The notes under the pieces were generated by a model. It did not search any database, was not told the origin of the DNA, and saw nothing but the letters and a program-made list of their open reading frames with translations. Source: Mycoplasmatota bacterium (GTDB lineage Bacteria > Bacillota_I > Bacilli_A > MAG-NZ). From it: a stretch of 64,000 bases of DNA. Each line of letters begins with the position of its first letter. Within the stretch, counting starts at the first letter, position 1. The position numbers and the translations under genes were made by a program. Of the stretch, positions 44,001-51,061 are shown one piece after another. The stretch is taken from assembly GCA_018394315.1 (NCBI GenBank), contig CP074575.1, positions 2,016,615-2,080,614 on the forward strand, read 5' to 3'.

Positions 44001-46429
44001 AAGTTTGGCGATGAAAATTCAGCATAACCCAAAGTATCATTATAACCAAGGTTTTCATGCCATGCGATAGCTTGATCATCATCACTAGCACTAAGAACAT
44101 CCATGTCTCCATCGTTGTCTAGATCTGCTGCATAGACATCCCAACGTCCATTTACTGCAGCTGTATCAATAATTATATGTTTCTCATCTTTTATAAAATT
44201 TCCACCAAGATTCTCATACCAAGCGATTGTATCGTCTTCTCTACTTGCACTTAATACATCCATATCTCCATCATTATCTAAATCCGCTATATGGATTGAT
44301 CGCATCCCAAGTGCTCCACCACCTATATCAGTGATTATATGCTCTGTAAATACTTGATTATTATTTTCAAACCAAATTATTGCATCGTCATATATACTAG
44401 AACTTATTACGTCCATATCTCCATCATTATCTAAATCCGCTGCATTTACAGATGTTGGACCATCTGCCCCACCGGCTACATCAGTAATTATATGTTCTGT
44501 TAAATTTCCTACCCCATCATTTTCATACCATGCTACTGTGTCGTCATCTACACTTGCGCTCAAAACATCCATATCTCCATCGCCATCAATATCTACTGTG
44601 TATACTGAATAAGCACTCATAGCTGATGAATTTATATTATGTTGAACTAATGGCCCTTCTAATACTTCATTCTTTACAACAAATTCAGTTGAATATGGAA
44701 ATACTGAAGTAGTGTCAGCCTTTTTAACTTGATCTGTCACATATACTCTAACTATTTCACCAAATTTATAATCGTTTGTAGGATCTATTGTAAGTTCCTT
44801 TGTAGAAGCATTATAACTACTTGAATAAGTATATTTACCACTATTTTCTCCAACTATGACTATTGTCGACTCAGTTACTGTTGCGGGATCTATCGCCCAA
44901 GGAAAGGTGATTACTATATCTGTATCGTAATCAACACCGATTTCATTTACATCTGGCGTTGTTTTATAAGTTGTTACTCCATACCACGCAATTGTACTGT
45001 CTACTGAACTCGCACTTATTACATCTAAATCTCCATCGTCGTCCATATCTGCAGTACAGACAGACATCGCTCCATCCGCTCCACCTACTACATCGATGAT
45101 TACATTTTCTTGAAATACTTGATTATCATTTTCATACCATGCGATTTTATCATCGTAGTTACTCGCACTAATTACATCCATATCTCCATCATTATCTAAA
45201 TCTGCTGCATAAACAGAAACAGCACCATCAGCAGTATTTGATATTATATTTTGTTCATCCAGTGTGAATGTTCCACCCTTGTTCTCATACCAAGCAACTG
45301 TATCATTATTTAAACTCGCGCTTAATATATCCATATCACCATCATTATCTAAATCCGCTGCATACACTGAATAAGGTCCACTTGCTAAGGTTGTTATTAC
45401 ATTTTGTGCATCCTTTGTAAACGATCCACCGTTGTTTTCATACCACGCTATTGTATTGTCTAGCTCACTCGCACTTATGACATCTAAATATCCATCATTG
45501 TTAATGTCCGTTGCATAGACTGCCCTTACCCCATCTGCTCCACCAGGGATATCTATAATTATATGTTCTATAAATACTTGATTATTGTTTTCATACCAGA
45601 CTATTTTATCCTCACTAAGACTCGCACTAAGAACATCCATATCTCCATCATTATCCATATCCGCTGCGTGTACTGTTCTTACTCCAGTTAAAGAACTAGT
45701 TATTACATTTTGCTCATCCTTTGTAAAAAAGCCACCTTTGTTTTCATACCAGGCGACTGTATTATCGACAGAGCTTGCACTAAGTACATCCATATCCCCA
45801 TCATTATCTATATCAGCAGAATATACTGAACGTGGGCCATCTACTCCACCAACTATATCGATAATTATATGTTCTACTACATTTCCGGAACCATCATTTT
45901 CATACCAAGATATCTTATCGCCTGAAAAACTTGCACTAACTACATCAATATCGTTATCATTATCTATATCCACAGCAAATGCTGAATATGCTCCATCTGC
46001 AGTAGTTGATATTTCGTGTTGTATGAACGTCCCATTTACCGCTTCCGCTTTAACTCTAAACTCAGATACATATGGTATAACTGGTTCACCACCAGTTTTT
46101 TTAACTCTTTCAGTAATGAGAACTTGTATTTTTTCACCAAACTTGAAGTTGTTTACGGGATCAATAGTAAGACTCTTAGTCGGAGCATCGTAACTCAAAG
46201 TCGTAGAATATTCTCCACTACTTTCTCCTACTATTTTGATATTAGTACTTGTTAATGTAACTTCATCAATATCATAAAGAAATGTTACTGTAATATTTGC
46301 ATTACGCTCAATTCCAATTGTATTTGATCCAGGTGTTATAACATAACCTCCTGAAGCATTCAATACTGTAATCTGAATACCTATAACAACTGCTATAGAT
46401 AATAGTAAGCCTAATATTATTTTTCTCAT
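32054..46429 (-). CDS. Giant surface protein (4791 aa): signal peptide, 3x[Ig-like + FG-GAP/VCBS beta-propeller], about 38 InlB-B/Flg_new-like repeats, Ser linker, 2 DUF5011-like Ig domains, C-terminal TM anchor
   Basis: Repeated ADxDNDGDMDV...IAWYEN; GYTHTGW and LTAVY repeats; PEITLLG...EPGY...YTISDSSGN; hydrophobic C-terminus with KEKRKF tail. Confidence 0.9.
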   Translation of the reverse strand: MRKIILGLLLSIAVVIGIQITVLNASGGYVITPGSNTIGIERNANITVTFLYDIDEVTLTSTNIKIVGESSGEYSTTLSYDAPTKSLTIDPVNNFKFGEKIQVLITERVKKTGGEPVIPYVSEFRVKAEAVNGTFIQHEISTTADGAYSAFAVDIDNDNDIDVVSASFSGDKISWYENDGSGNVVEHIIIDIVGGVDGPRSVYSADIDNDGDMDVLSASSVDNTVAWYENKGGFFTKDEQNVITSSLTGVRTVHAADMDNDGDMDVLSASLSEDKIVWYENNNQVFIEHIIIDIPGGADGVRAVYATDINNDGYLDVISASELDNTIAWYENNGGSFTKDAQNVITTLASGPYSVYAADLDNDGDMDILSASLNNDTVAWYENKGGTFTLDEQNIISNTADGAVSVYAADLDNDGDMDVISASNYDDKIAWYENDNQVFQENVIIDVVGGADGAMSVCTADMDDDGDLDVISASSVDSTIAWYGVTTYKTTPDVNEIGVDYDTDIVITFPWAIDPATVTESTIVIVGENSGKYTYSSSYNASTKELTIDPTNDYKFGEIVRVYVTDQVKKADTTSVFPYSTEFVVKNEVLEGPLVQHNINSSAMSAYSVYTVDIDGDGDMDVLSASVDDDTVAWYENDGVGNLTEHIITDVAGGADGPTSVNAADLDNDGDMDVISSSIYDDAIIWFENNNQVFTEHIITDIGGGALGMRSIHIADLDNDGDMDVLSASREDDTIAWYENLGGNFIKDEKHIIIDTAAVNGRWDVYAADLDNDGDMDVLSASDDDQAIAWHENLGYNDTLGYAEFSSPNLIMTGLISARSVYAADLDNDGDMDVLSASKGDDSILWYENKGGYFTQDEKNIIIDVDGGADGAWDIRAVDFDSDGDMDVISASILDNTIAWYENKGGYFTQDEQNVITTSAGGAISIHTSDMDSDGDIDIISAMQTDNTIAWFGAATYKTVPDVNEIGVLYDADISITFPWAIDPSTINESTLKIVGENSSEYTYSSSYDALNKLLTINPTNNFLPGEVIRVYVTDQVKKADTSSVFSYVTEFRVKAEVQVGSYTKHQITTTSGMSTRDVHAADIDNDGDIDVLSASGSDDAISWYENDGSGNLTEHVVGLSDGATSVYTADIDNDGDIDVLSGGRNDNRISWYENLGFNQTLGYIEFSSRNIISSTALETYSVYAADMDNDGDMDVLSASQGDNTVAWYENLNGFFILNSKNVIDSSAIAVRSVYAADIDSDGDMDVLSAGQNDDTIAWYENNNLVFTKKIITNTADSAQEVYAVDIDNDGDMDVLSASYLDDTIAWYENSNQLFTEHIIIDSIGGADGAWSVHAADVDNDGDMDVIGGSFEDEEVAWYENKGGFFTKDEQNMISTNSGGTLAVYAADIDSDGDLDIITGSYYGEKVEWFGTTTRYNITYNTESDQVINSVKYIEPGFTFLSNPSLLPSNPTKEGHTFTGWTDGSISYAVDLNDFVMPSNNVTLTAVYTANTNTLTYYEQDGTTFVSSGLVDTDTLGTTLTPPVPASIAGYTHTGWTPDGGTTVYAVNLNDYTMATTDVDMVAVYTANTNTLTYYEQDGTTFVSSGLVDTDTLGTTLTPPVPASIAGYTHTGWTPDGGTTVYAVNLNDYTMATTDVDMVAVYTANTNTLTYYEQDGTTFVSSGLVDTDTLGTTLTPPAPASIAGYTHTGWTPDGGTTVYAVNLNDYTMATTDVDMVAVYTANTNTLTHYEQDGTTFISSGLVDTDTLGTTLTPPASASIAGYTHTGWTPDGGTTVYATDLNDYTMATTDVDMVAVYTANTNTLTYYEQDGTTFVSSGLVDTDTLGTTLTPPAPASIAGYTHTGWTPDGGTTVYAVNLNDYTMATTDVDMVAVYTANTNTLTYYEQDGTTFVSSGLVDTDTLGTTLTPPAPASIAGYTHTGWRPDGGSTVYATDLNDYTMATTDVDMVAVYTANTNTLTYYEQDGTTFVSSGLVDTDTLGTALTPPVPASIAGYTHTGWTPDGGTTVYAVNLNDYTMAPNNVNLTAIYTANTYTLTYYEQDGTTFISSGLVDTDTLGTTLTPPASASIAGYTHTGWTPDGGTTVYATDLNDYTMATTDVDMVAVYTANTNTLTYYEQDGTTFVSSSLVDTDTLGTTLTPPVPASIAGYTHTGWTPDGGTTVYAVNLNDYTMATTDVDMVAVYTANTNTLTYYEQDGTTFVSSGLVDTDTLGTTLTPPVPALIAGYTHTGWTPDGGTTVYAVNLNDYTMATTDVDMVAVYTANTNTLTYYEQDGTTFISSIPVDTDTLGTTLTPPAPASIAGYTHTGWTPDGGTTVYATDLNDYTMATTDVDMVAVYTANTNTLTYYEQDGTTFISSIPVDTDTLGTTLTPPVPALIAGYTHTGWTPDGGTTVYAVNLNDYTMATTDVDMVAVYTANTNTLTYYEQDGTTFISSGLVDTDTLGTTLTPPVPALIAGYTHTGWTPDGGTTVYAVNLNDYTMATTDVDMVAVYTANTNTLTYYEQDGTTFVSSSLVDTDTLGTTLTPPAPASIAGYTHTGWTPDGGTTVYATDLNDYTMATTDVDMVAVYTANTYTLTYYQQDGITAFSFSLVATDTLGTTLTPPAPASIAGYTHTGWTPDGGTTVYASDLNDFTMAPNNVNLTAVYTANTYTLSYYEQDGTTFVSSGLVDTDTLGTTLTPPVPASIAGYTHTGWTPDGGSTVYATDLNDYTMATTDVDMVAVYTANTNTLTYYEQDGTTFVSSGLVDTDTLGTALTPPVPASIAGYTHTGWTPDGGSTVYAVNLNDYTMATTDVDMVAVYTANTYTLTYYQQDGITAFSFSLVATDTSGSSLIPATPAIITGYTHTGWTPDGGTTVYASDLNDFTMAPNNVNLTAVYTANTYTLTYYEQDGITFVSSGLVDTDTAGTTLTPPAPASIAGYTHTGWTPDGGSTVYSTDLNDYTMAPNNVNLTSIYTANTNTLTYYEQDGTTFISSGLVDTDTLGTTLTPPAPASIAGYTHTGWTPDGGTTVYSTDLNDYTMATTDVDMVAVYTANTYTLTYYQQDGITAFSFSLVATDTSGSSLIPATPAIITGYTHTGWTPDGGTTVYASDLSDFTMAPNNVNLTAVYTANTYTLSYYEQDGITFVSSSLVDTDTLGTTLAPPVPASIAGYTHTGWTPDGGSTVYSTDLNDYTMAPNNVNLTAIYTANTYTLTYYEQDGTTFVSSGLVVTDTLGTTLTPPVPASIAGYTHTGWTPDGGTTVYAVNLNDYTMATTDVDMVAVYTANANTLTYYEEDGTTIISSKSVATDTLGSSLIPATPAIITGYTHTGWTPDGGTTVYASDLNGFTMAPNNVNLTAVYTANTYTLSYYEQDGTTFVSSGLVDTDTLGTTLTPPAPASIAGYTHTGWTPDGGTTVYSTDLNDYTMAPNNVNLTAIYTANTNTLTYYEQDGTTFVSSGLVDTDTLGTTLTPPAPASIAGYTHTGWTPDGGTTVYASDLNDYTMAPNNVNLTAIYTANTYTLTYYEQDGTTIISSKSVATDILGSSLIPATPAIITGYTHTGWTPDGGTTVYASDLNDFVMPPNNVNLTAVYTANTYTLTYYEQDGITFVSSGLVDTDTLGTTLTPPAPASIAGYTHTGWTPDGGSTVYSTDLNDYTMAPNNVNLTAIYTANTNTLTYYEQDGTTFVSSGLVDTDTLGTTLTPPAPASIAGYTHTGWTPDGGTTVYAVNLNDYTMATTDVDMVAVYTANTYTLTYYEQDGTTFISSSSVDTDTLGTTLTPPAPASIAGYTHTGWTPDGGTTVYAVNLNDYTMATTDVDMVAVYTANTNTLTYYEQDGTTFISSGLVDTDTLGTTLTPPVPASIAGYTQTGWTPDGGTTVYAVNLNDYTMATTDVDMVAVYTVNTNTLTYYEQDGTTFISSSSVDTDTLGTTLTPPVPASIAGYTHTGWTPDGGTTVYLTDLNDYTMATTDVDMVAVYTANTNTLTYYEQDGTTFVSSSLVDTDTLGTTLTPPVPASIAGYTQTGWTPDGGTTVYAVNLNDYTMATTDVDMVAVYTANTNTLTYYEQDGTTSVSSSLVDTDTLGTTLTPPVPTSIAGYTHTGWTPDGGTTVYAVNLNDYTMATTDVDMVAVYTANTNTLTHYEQDGTTFISSGLVDTDTLGTTLTPPASASIAGYTHTGWTPDGGTTVYATDLNDYTMATTDVDMVAVYTANTNTLTYNDFDDTFVSSGLVAYNTTPTPENPTRVGYSLTGWINSGLTYLPDLSDFIMPNYDVTLTAEYEIMELTLTFIDYDDAFISSGLVVYNTYVDSGLIPLVEKPGYIFSGWSYDSGRSTYLQDLSDFLMSSHDVTLKANFIVESVPENPPVEESGSSSSSSSSKKKLELDLLGESVVMVEVGNNYEEIGYTASYGSTILTSQVDIIGSVNTNKIGFYELVYSYAGVFGKVEATRTIEVVDSTSPEITLLGSTEIDLYVNSIYNEPGYVLSDNYDDLFLYESLRISETADTKNVGRHVLTYTISDSSGNTATAERIINVIESPNRTIMIYVEDFDPIELEIESGLLNDQSTVMKYSISNSKFADHFNSNWSEFDKELYLSIDSPDMYVHVMLINSTQEYGIFTSEELPCDDFLEDLINVQEEEVTIVSNDDILKEEIERDRAIEENKVLKTDIVKFQKEVHEEEEVVLVIFDLRDRPDVKEMTVHYREKHETESMPLIIPVNAYEEKTLVINELSVDYVIVPDGKDYEFTTELVYKIESGGIVEESKDDFVVINSDGEIIVDVTPFEDNSKIDFKRYIIWTIPIVLVVLVIELFVIRIKEKRKF
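33878..41962 (-). repeat. 35 tandem 231-bp (77-aa) coding repeats
   Basis: Equivalent positions 41934, 41241 and 34080 differ by exact multiples of 231. Confidence 0.95.
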
Positions 46430-46843
46430 ATTGAAAACCCCTTTACTTCGTCATCTATTCTAATTATCTACTTAATCTCCACTAACGTTATTGTTTCATT
46501 TATATATAGTAATTAGTTGTTTCCCCATTCCAATCTACCTTATTTCTTCTTAGGAAATTGCGTTATTTGTCAAAATTTGTCATTACATTATCTCAAAAAA
46601 AATACTGATGGTCAATATCTTTCATACTTTTAGAGTGCAATACGACATCGAAATAATTTTTCCGAAGAGAATTAAAGAAAAACTAATTTAGAAATAGTAT
46701 AGTATATAGATATTGTTATCATAGCCATAAGCTTTTACTTCTATCTAAAAATTGATGGTATTAACGATGTAATCTTATTAAGATTATTAATATTTTTTTC
46801 AGGCAATTAATTCTTCATAACTTAGTATTCTAAAGTTAGATTC

Positions 46844-46870
46844 AAAAAAAAGCAGTTACCAACTGCTTTT
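46844..46870 (-). terminator. Terminator after the lipoprotein gene
   Basis: AAAAGCAGTT-acc-AACTGCTTTT with A8 tract. Confidence 0.8.
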
Positions 46871-46880
46871 AATCTTCACC

Positions 46881-47417
46881 TCACGTAGGTATAAAATTTT
46901 CAACATATGTTACATTATCACTAAAACTAATTAATTCTAATTTCTCTACAGCACAACTAGTAAGAGAATCATTTTTAATTGCTAACCATCCTTTTGTATA
47001 TTCTCCACCTAAAGAAATCTCAAGTGGATCAATATTACTATCCAAAAATGATATTCTTACTATCTTAGATTCAATAAACAATTCTTTATCTAAAATTACA
47101 ACTCCAAAGTATGCATTTTCGTCATTTCCTAGATGAAGTAATTGAACAGGATTGTCTAAGTTTTTTTTATCCACATCGTTACTGTCAATGTCTAGATCAT
47201 TTTTAGAAACACTAAAATGAATTATTCCAATTTCATTAACTGTCTCATAAATGATTTGCTCATCTTCTTTTGAAGTATTATGATATAAAACTGTTAAATT
47301 ATTATCAATTATATATTCATTTACTTCGTTCCTCAAATCGTCAGTTGTCATAGTATAACTATTACAACCAGATAAAACAAGCATAAAAACCATAATTAAA
47401 GATAAAATTCTTTTCAT
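46881..47417 (-). CDS. Hypothetical lipoprotein
   Basis: Lipobox LSGC; RBS AGGAGG. Confidence 0.75.
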   Translation of the reverse strand: MKRILSLIMVFMLVLSGCNSYTMTTDDLRNEVNEYIIDNNLTVLYHNTSKEDEQIIYETVNEIGIIHFSVSKNDLDIDSNDVDKKNLDNPVQLLHLGNDENAYFGVVILDKELFIESKIVRISFLDSNIDPLEISLGGEYTKGWLAIKNDSLTSCAVEKLELISFSDNVTYVENFIPT

Positions 47418-47564
47418 ATTTACCTCCTAGATTTCTCAGTTAATATATTATAACACCATTTTCCCTTAAACATTGTCTAAATATTCTAAATAGAATTGTC
47501 TAGTGTTATCAAGCAAAAAAAACCAAGATAAATTCTATTAGAATATCTCTTGGTTTCCATATTT

Positions 47565-48848
47565 TTATTGGTCCTGTTCAAAGTAAGGTACTACTTCTCC
47601 CTTAATACCTGTATGATATTCGCTAATCAGTCTAACCAATAACCCATTTAAATACTCAACTACTGTTTCACCAACTGTAGCTTCAAGATGATCTTCACCA
47701 ATTCCAGAATGGTTTGTCAAGAATACATAAGTGCCTCCTGTCATCATTGCTTCGTTTCTAAGCAAATATTCAGTATGCTTATCAATGCCACTAGATGCTA
47801 CTGGTATTAGTCTGATACCCATTGATGCAGCTTTATATATTGAACTATAATATCTGCTCATGTCCTCTTGAGTTTCATGTGGGGGTGCATCCAAAACATG
47901 GAATAAGAGTTTTGTTGTGTTTTCTTCACTCCAAGCTTTCATCATCGCTTCATCAAGAGCAATATCAACAGCTTCTTCAAAATCTCCTCCTCCTTGAGAA
48001 GATTGTGCACGCAGATTTTTCTTTTGATCTAAAATATCTGTTGTAAAATCAAAATATCTAGTCAGGTAACTATCACCAACGTCACGGTAGAATAGAAGTG
48101 CTAATTTAATCGTTAAGTTAGGATTGTCGTCTGTATGAGAAGTAATAACAGAGTCAATTTCAGTTTTTAAATACTCTAATTCATCACTCATCGATCCAGT
48201 AGTGTCAATCACGAACATAATCTCGATAACGTCTTTGTGGGAGTCATCTTCACTTATCTCGAATGTTAGATGATTATTCTCAATAGAATATCTATACTCT
48301 TCATTTAAGATTACATCATTGTACGATATTGAAATAGAAGCGATATCTGCCAATTGATCACTCTTTGGGAAAAGGTATGCATTACCAAAAGCATCACTCT
48401 GTGCTGTATAGATTACATTTTGACTCTCATCATGTAGTTCGACAGTAGCGCCATATAGATTTTCCTCAGTATTCGAAATTTGCACACTAATCATATTGGT
48501 TGTATCAAAATATCCCTTATTTAAAAACTTACTGAAGATACCATCTTGACTTTCTTGCGAACTCTCGAAGAGTGATAAGTAAAAATCATAATTTGATATG
48601 TCACTCCACTCGCTTGCTGTTAGTTGTCCTGCCTGAGGTGTAACATTAATGCTTCCCTCTTCACCATCCTTACTAGTGAGAACAGCGTCATCAGTCGACG
48701 TATATTCTCCCGATACTGGAACTTCAACTATTTTTTCAACTGCAACTTCTTTTTCAACTTCTACTTCTTTTTCAACTTCTACTTCTTTAGAACAAGCTGA
48801 AAATATAAATGACATCATAATTAACATAATAAATAAAAGTCTTTTCAT
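47565..48848 (-). CDS. VWA-domain lipoprotein
   Basis: Lipobox FSAC; GQLTASEW.D; MIDAS DTTGSM; GGGDFEE; DAPPH; TGGTYVFLT. Confidence 0.85.
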   Translation of the reverse strand: MKRLLFIMLIMMSFIFSACSKEVEVEKEVEVEKEVAVEKIVEVPVSGEYTSTDDAVLTSKDGEEGSINVTPQAGQLTASEWSDISNYDFYLSLFESSQESQDGIFSKFLNKGYFDTTNMISVQISNTEENLYGATVELHDESQNVIYTAQSDAFGNAYLFPKSDQLADIASISISYNDVILNEEYRYSIENNHLTFEISEDDSHKDVIEIMFVIDTTGSMSDELEYLKTEIDSVITSHTDDNPNLTIKLALLFYRDVGDSYLTRYFDFTTDILDQKKNLRAQSSQGGGDFEEAVDIALDEAMMKAWSEENTTKLLFHVLDAPPHETQEDMSRYYSSIYKAASMGIRLIPVASSGIDKHTEYLLRNEAMMTGGTYVFLTNHSGIGEDHLEATVGETVVEYLNGLLVRLISEYHTGIKGEVVPYFEQDQ

Positions 48849-49226
48849 TCAAAATCCTCCTTATAATCGCTGTTTACTTATGATTAATTTTACCAAACAA
48901 ATTCAGTGAAGATGCTAGATGGTCTATAACTTACATAATATCCAATGTAAAATACACTGTATCTAAGTACATTCGATTATACGCTTAATATTATTTATAA
49001 TTACTAATCAAGTGTTTTCTCTTAATCAATGATCGTGACTAAATTTGAAAACAGTTATGGAGTAAAAAAAGGATACCAAACATAAGATGATTATGATAAT
49101 CATCATTTTACTAAATAGGTGGGTTAAAAGAGAAGTGAAAGTTTCATATCTTTCATAAATCATGCACTGTATAACACCATTTATAAGTAAGGATTTATCT
49201 TGCATTGCAACTAAACATTGTTAATC

Positions 49227-49889
49227 TTACTTGAAAACGGAATCTTTAAAATGAAGAGCGAGCCTAATACATGCCTCAGAGTTAGGAACAAATAAATCTG
49301 AAGTACTTAGTAAAAGGTTGATATAGTCCTCATCAAATTGGAACTCCTCATATTTAGTACCTTCGTGGTCTTTTTTTTCTTTATTATAATCCATATATTT
49401 ATCGATGATTCTGTCAAAGTCTTCCTTCTTCCAAATTGCACAAGAAAGCATTGTAGGTTTAAAACTCAATGGACAAAATGCTATACCAAAAACCCTAAGA
49501 GTTACCTCGTTTTCGATCAATTCATAGATCGAATCATACGATTCTTTATTTGTTTCTGCCAAAGGATTATCAATTCCGAGAACTTCTTCCATAAACTCTT
49601 TGGTATATGTGTTAATGTAATTACTGCCATTCAATCCCTCCCAATTTGTAATATCACGTGGCTGATGTTCACCAGAAGGAATTGTTTGATAATAATCAAC
49701 AAAACTAATAGTTTTCTTTCTTTTAAATCCCAAAAATGATTTCTTATTGTCATGTTTATCACCATAATCAACTATTGTGATACATTCTGTACCTAAATTT
49801 GCTGATCTTCTATCAAAATCAGGTAGTTGAACTTGATTACTCCCAAATAGTTTCTTACGACGACTTATGTTTTTTCTATCAGCTTTCAA
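49227..49889 (-). pseudogene. Probable N-terminally truncated gene with a Nudix-like domain
   Basis: TTG start without RBS, in-frame TAG at 49932-49934; YQTIPSGEHQP...KEFMEEVLG resembles a degenerate Nudix box. Confidence 0.4.
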
Positions 49890-50020
49890 AAAGTATTTTT
49901 GTCGACAGAAATGTATAACAATTAGCCATTGCTAAGTCTCATGCAATATTAATTGCAATATAGTTATTATACAAATCATTTCATCATATTCTACACTGAA
50001 CCTATAGAGGACTATAATAG

Positions 50021-50074
50021 AACAAAAAAACTAGGACTTTCACATCCTAGCTTGCATATTTAATGGTGAGGGTA
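50021..50074 (-). repeat. Degenerate copy of the tRNA-Leu 3' end plus its terminator
   Basis: CAAAAAAACTAGGACTTTCACATCCTAGCTTGCATATTTAATGGTGAGGGTA vs 59741-59792 CAAAAAAACTGGATGATTTCTCATCCAGTATGCGTACTTAATGGTGCGGGTA. Confidence 0.7.
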
Positions 50075-50303
50075 TTGCCACTAATTCAATTGCGATAAAA
50101 GCTCAAGACCCTATAAGCTGTGAGCCTCATAAAAATTCTTACTGTAAATTAATCAAAGTATTACTACAATAATTTTATTTATATTTCAATCACAGCTGAA
50201 ACTATTAATAAGTACGCCTTAGTTAATACTTTATTAGTGTACACGATTCTCTCCGCTTATTCTTTAATTTTAATTCCATCCATAGATAATAATTCAATAA
50301 TAC

Positions 50304-51050
50304 TTAAAATACCTGTTTTCCAAGCCATTGAGTCAATTTATTCTCTCTTTCAGAAAAAGCTTTTTCTTCATATTTTCCCAGAACAATTTCATCAGTAATA
50401 TTTCCATCTGATAGAAAAATCACTCGATCTGCTCTGGCTGCAACTTTTGCATCATGTGTAACTAGCATTAGTGTGGTTCCTTCAGCATTTATCTCATTAA
50501 TAATATCCATAATTTCCTTTGATGCGCTAGAATTAAGAGCTCCTGTAGGTTCATCACCAAATATAATATCCGGATGGTTTATTAATGCACGGCATATTGC
50601 CGCACGCTGAAGCTGTCCTCCGGAAACCTTCTTGATGTCATGATCCGCGATCTGATCAATCCCTGTTCTTTTCATGAGTTCTGCTGCATATGCATTTACA
50701 TTTTCCCTACTATCACTCTTCGCCTTAAATCCTGGAAGTACAATATTGTCACGTATTGATAATGTCTTAAGTAAATGTGACTGTTGGAATATAAATCCCA
50801 TCTTTTTAAGCCGTATGTTACTCATCTTCTCATCATCAATGCTTGAGGTATCTTCTCCATCAAAGCTTATTTCACCATTGGTTGCCCTGTCCATGCCGCT
50901 TATGTTATATAAAAGCGTTGATTTTCCTGAACCTGACTGTCCCATGATTGCCACGAACTCTCCTTCGTTAACTGATACGTCAATTCCTTTTAAAATCTTT
51001 GTTCCGTCAAATTCCTTCCATAATCCTTTTGCCTGTAAAATAGTCTTCAT
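50304..51050 (-). CDS. ABC transporter ATP-binding protein (LolD/MacB-like)
   Basis: GQSGSGKST, VSGGQLQR, DEPTGAL, VTHD. Confidence 0.92.
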   Translation of the reverse strand: MKTILQAKGLWKEFDGTKILKGIDVSVNEGEFVAIMGQSGSGKSTLLYNISGMDRATNGEISFDGEDTSSIDDEKMSNIRLKKMGFIFQQSHLLKTLSIRDNIVLPGFKAKSDSRENVNAYAAELMKRTGIDQIADHDIKKVSGGQLQRAAICRALINHPDIIFGDEPTGALNSSASKEIMDIINEINAEGTTLMLVTHDAKVAARADRVIFLSDGNITDEIVLGKYEEKAFSERENKLTQWLGKQVF

Positions 51051-51061
51051 AATTACATCTC

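Noticed and set aside
45585..46193. 202-aa plus-strand ORF
   Set aside because: Antisense in-register shadow of the FG-GAP repeats
49338..49739. 133-aa plus-strand ORF and other short antisense ORFs in the track
   Set aside because: They overlap better-supported opposite-strand genes and lack motifs or RBS
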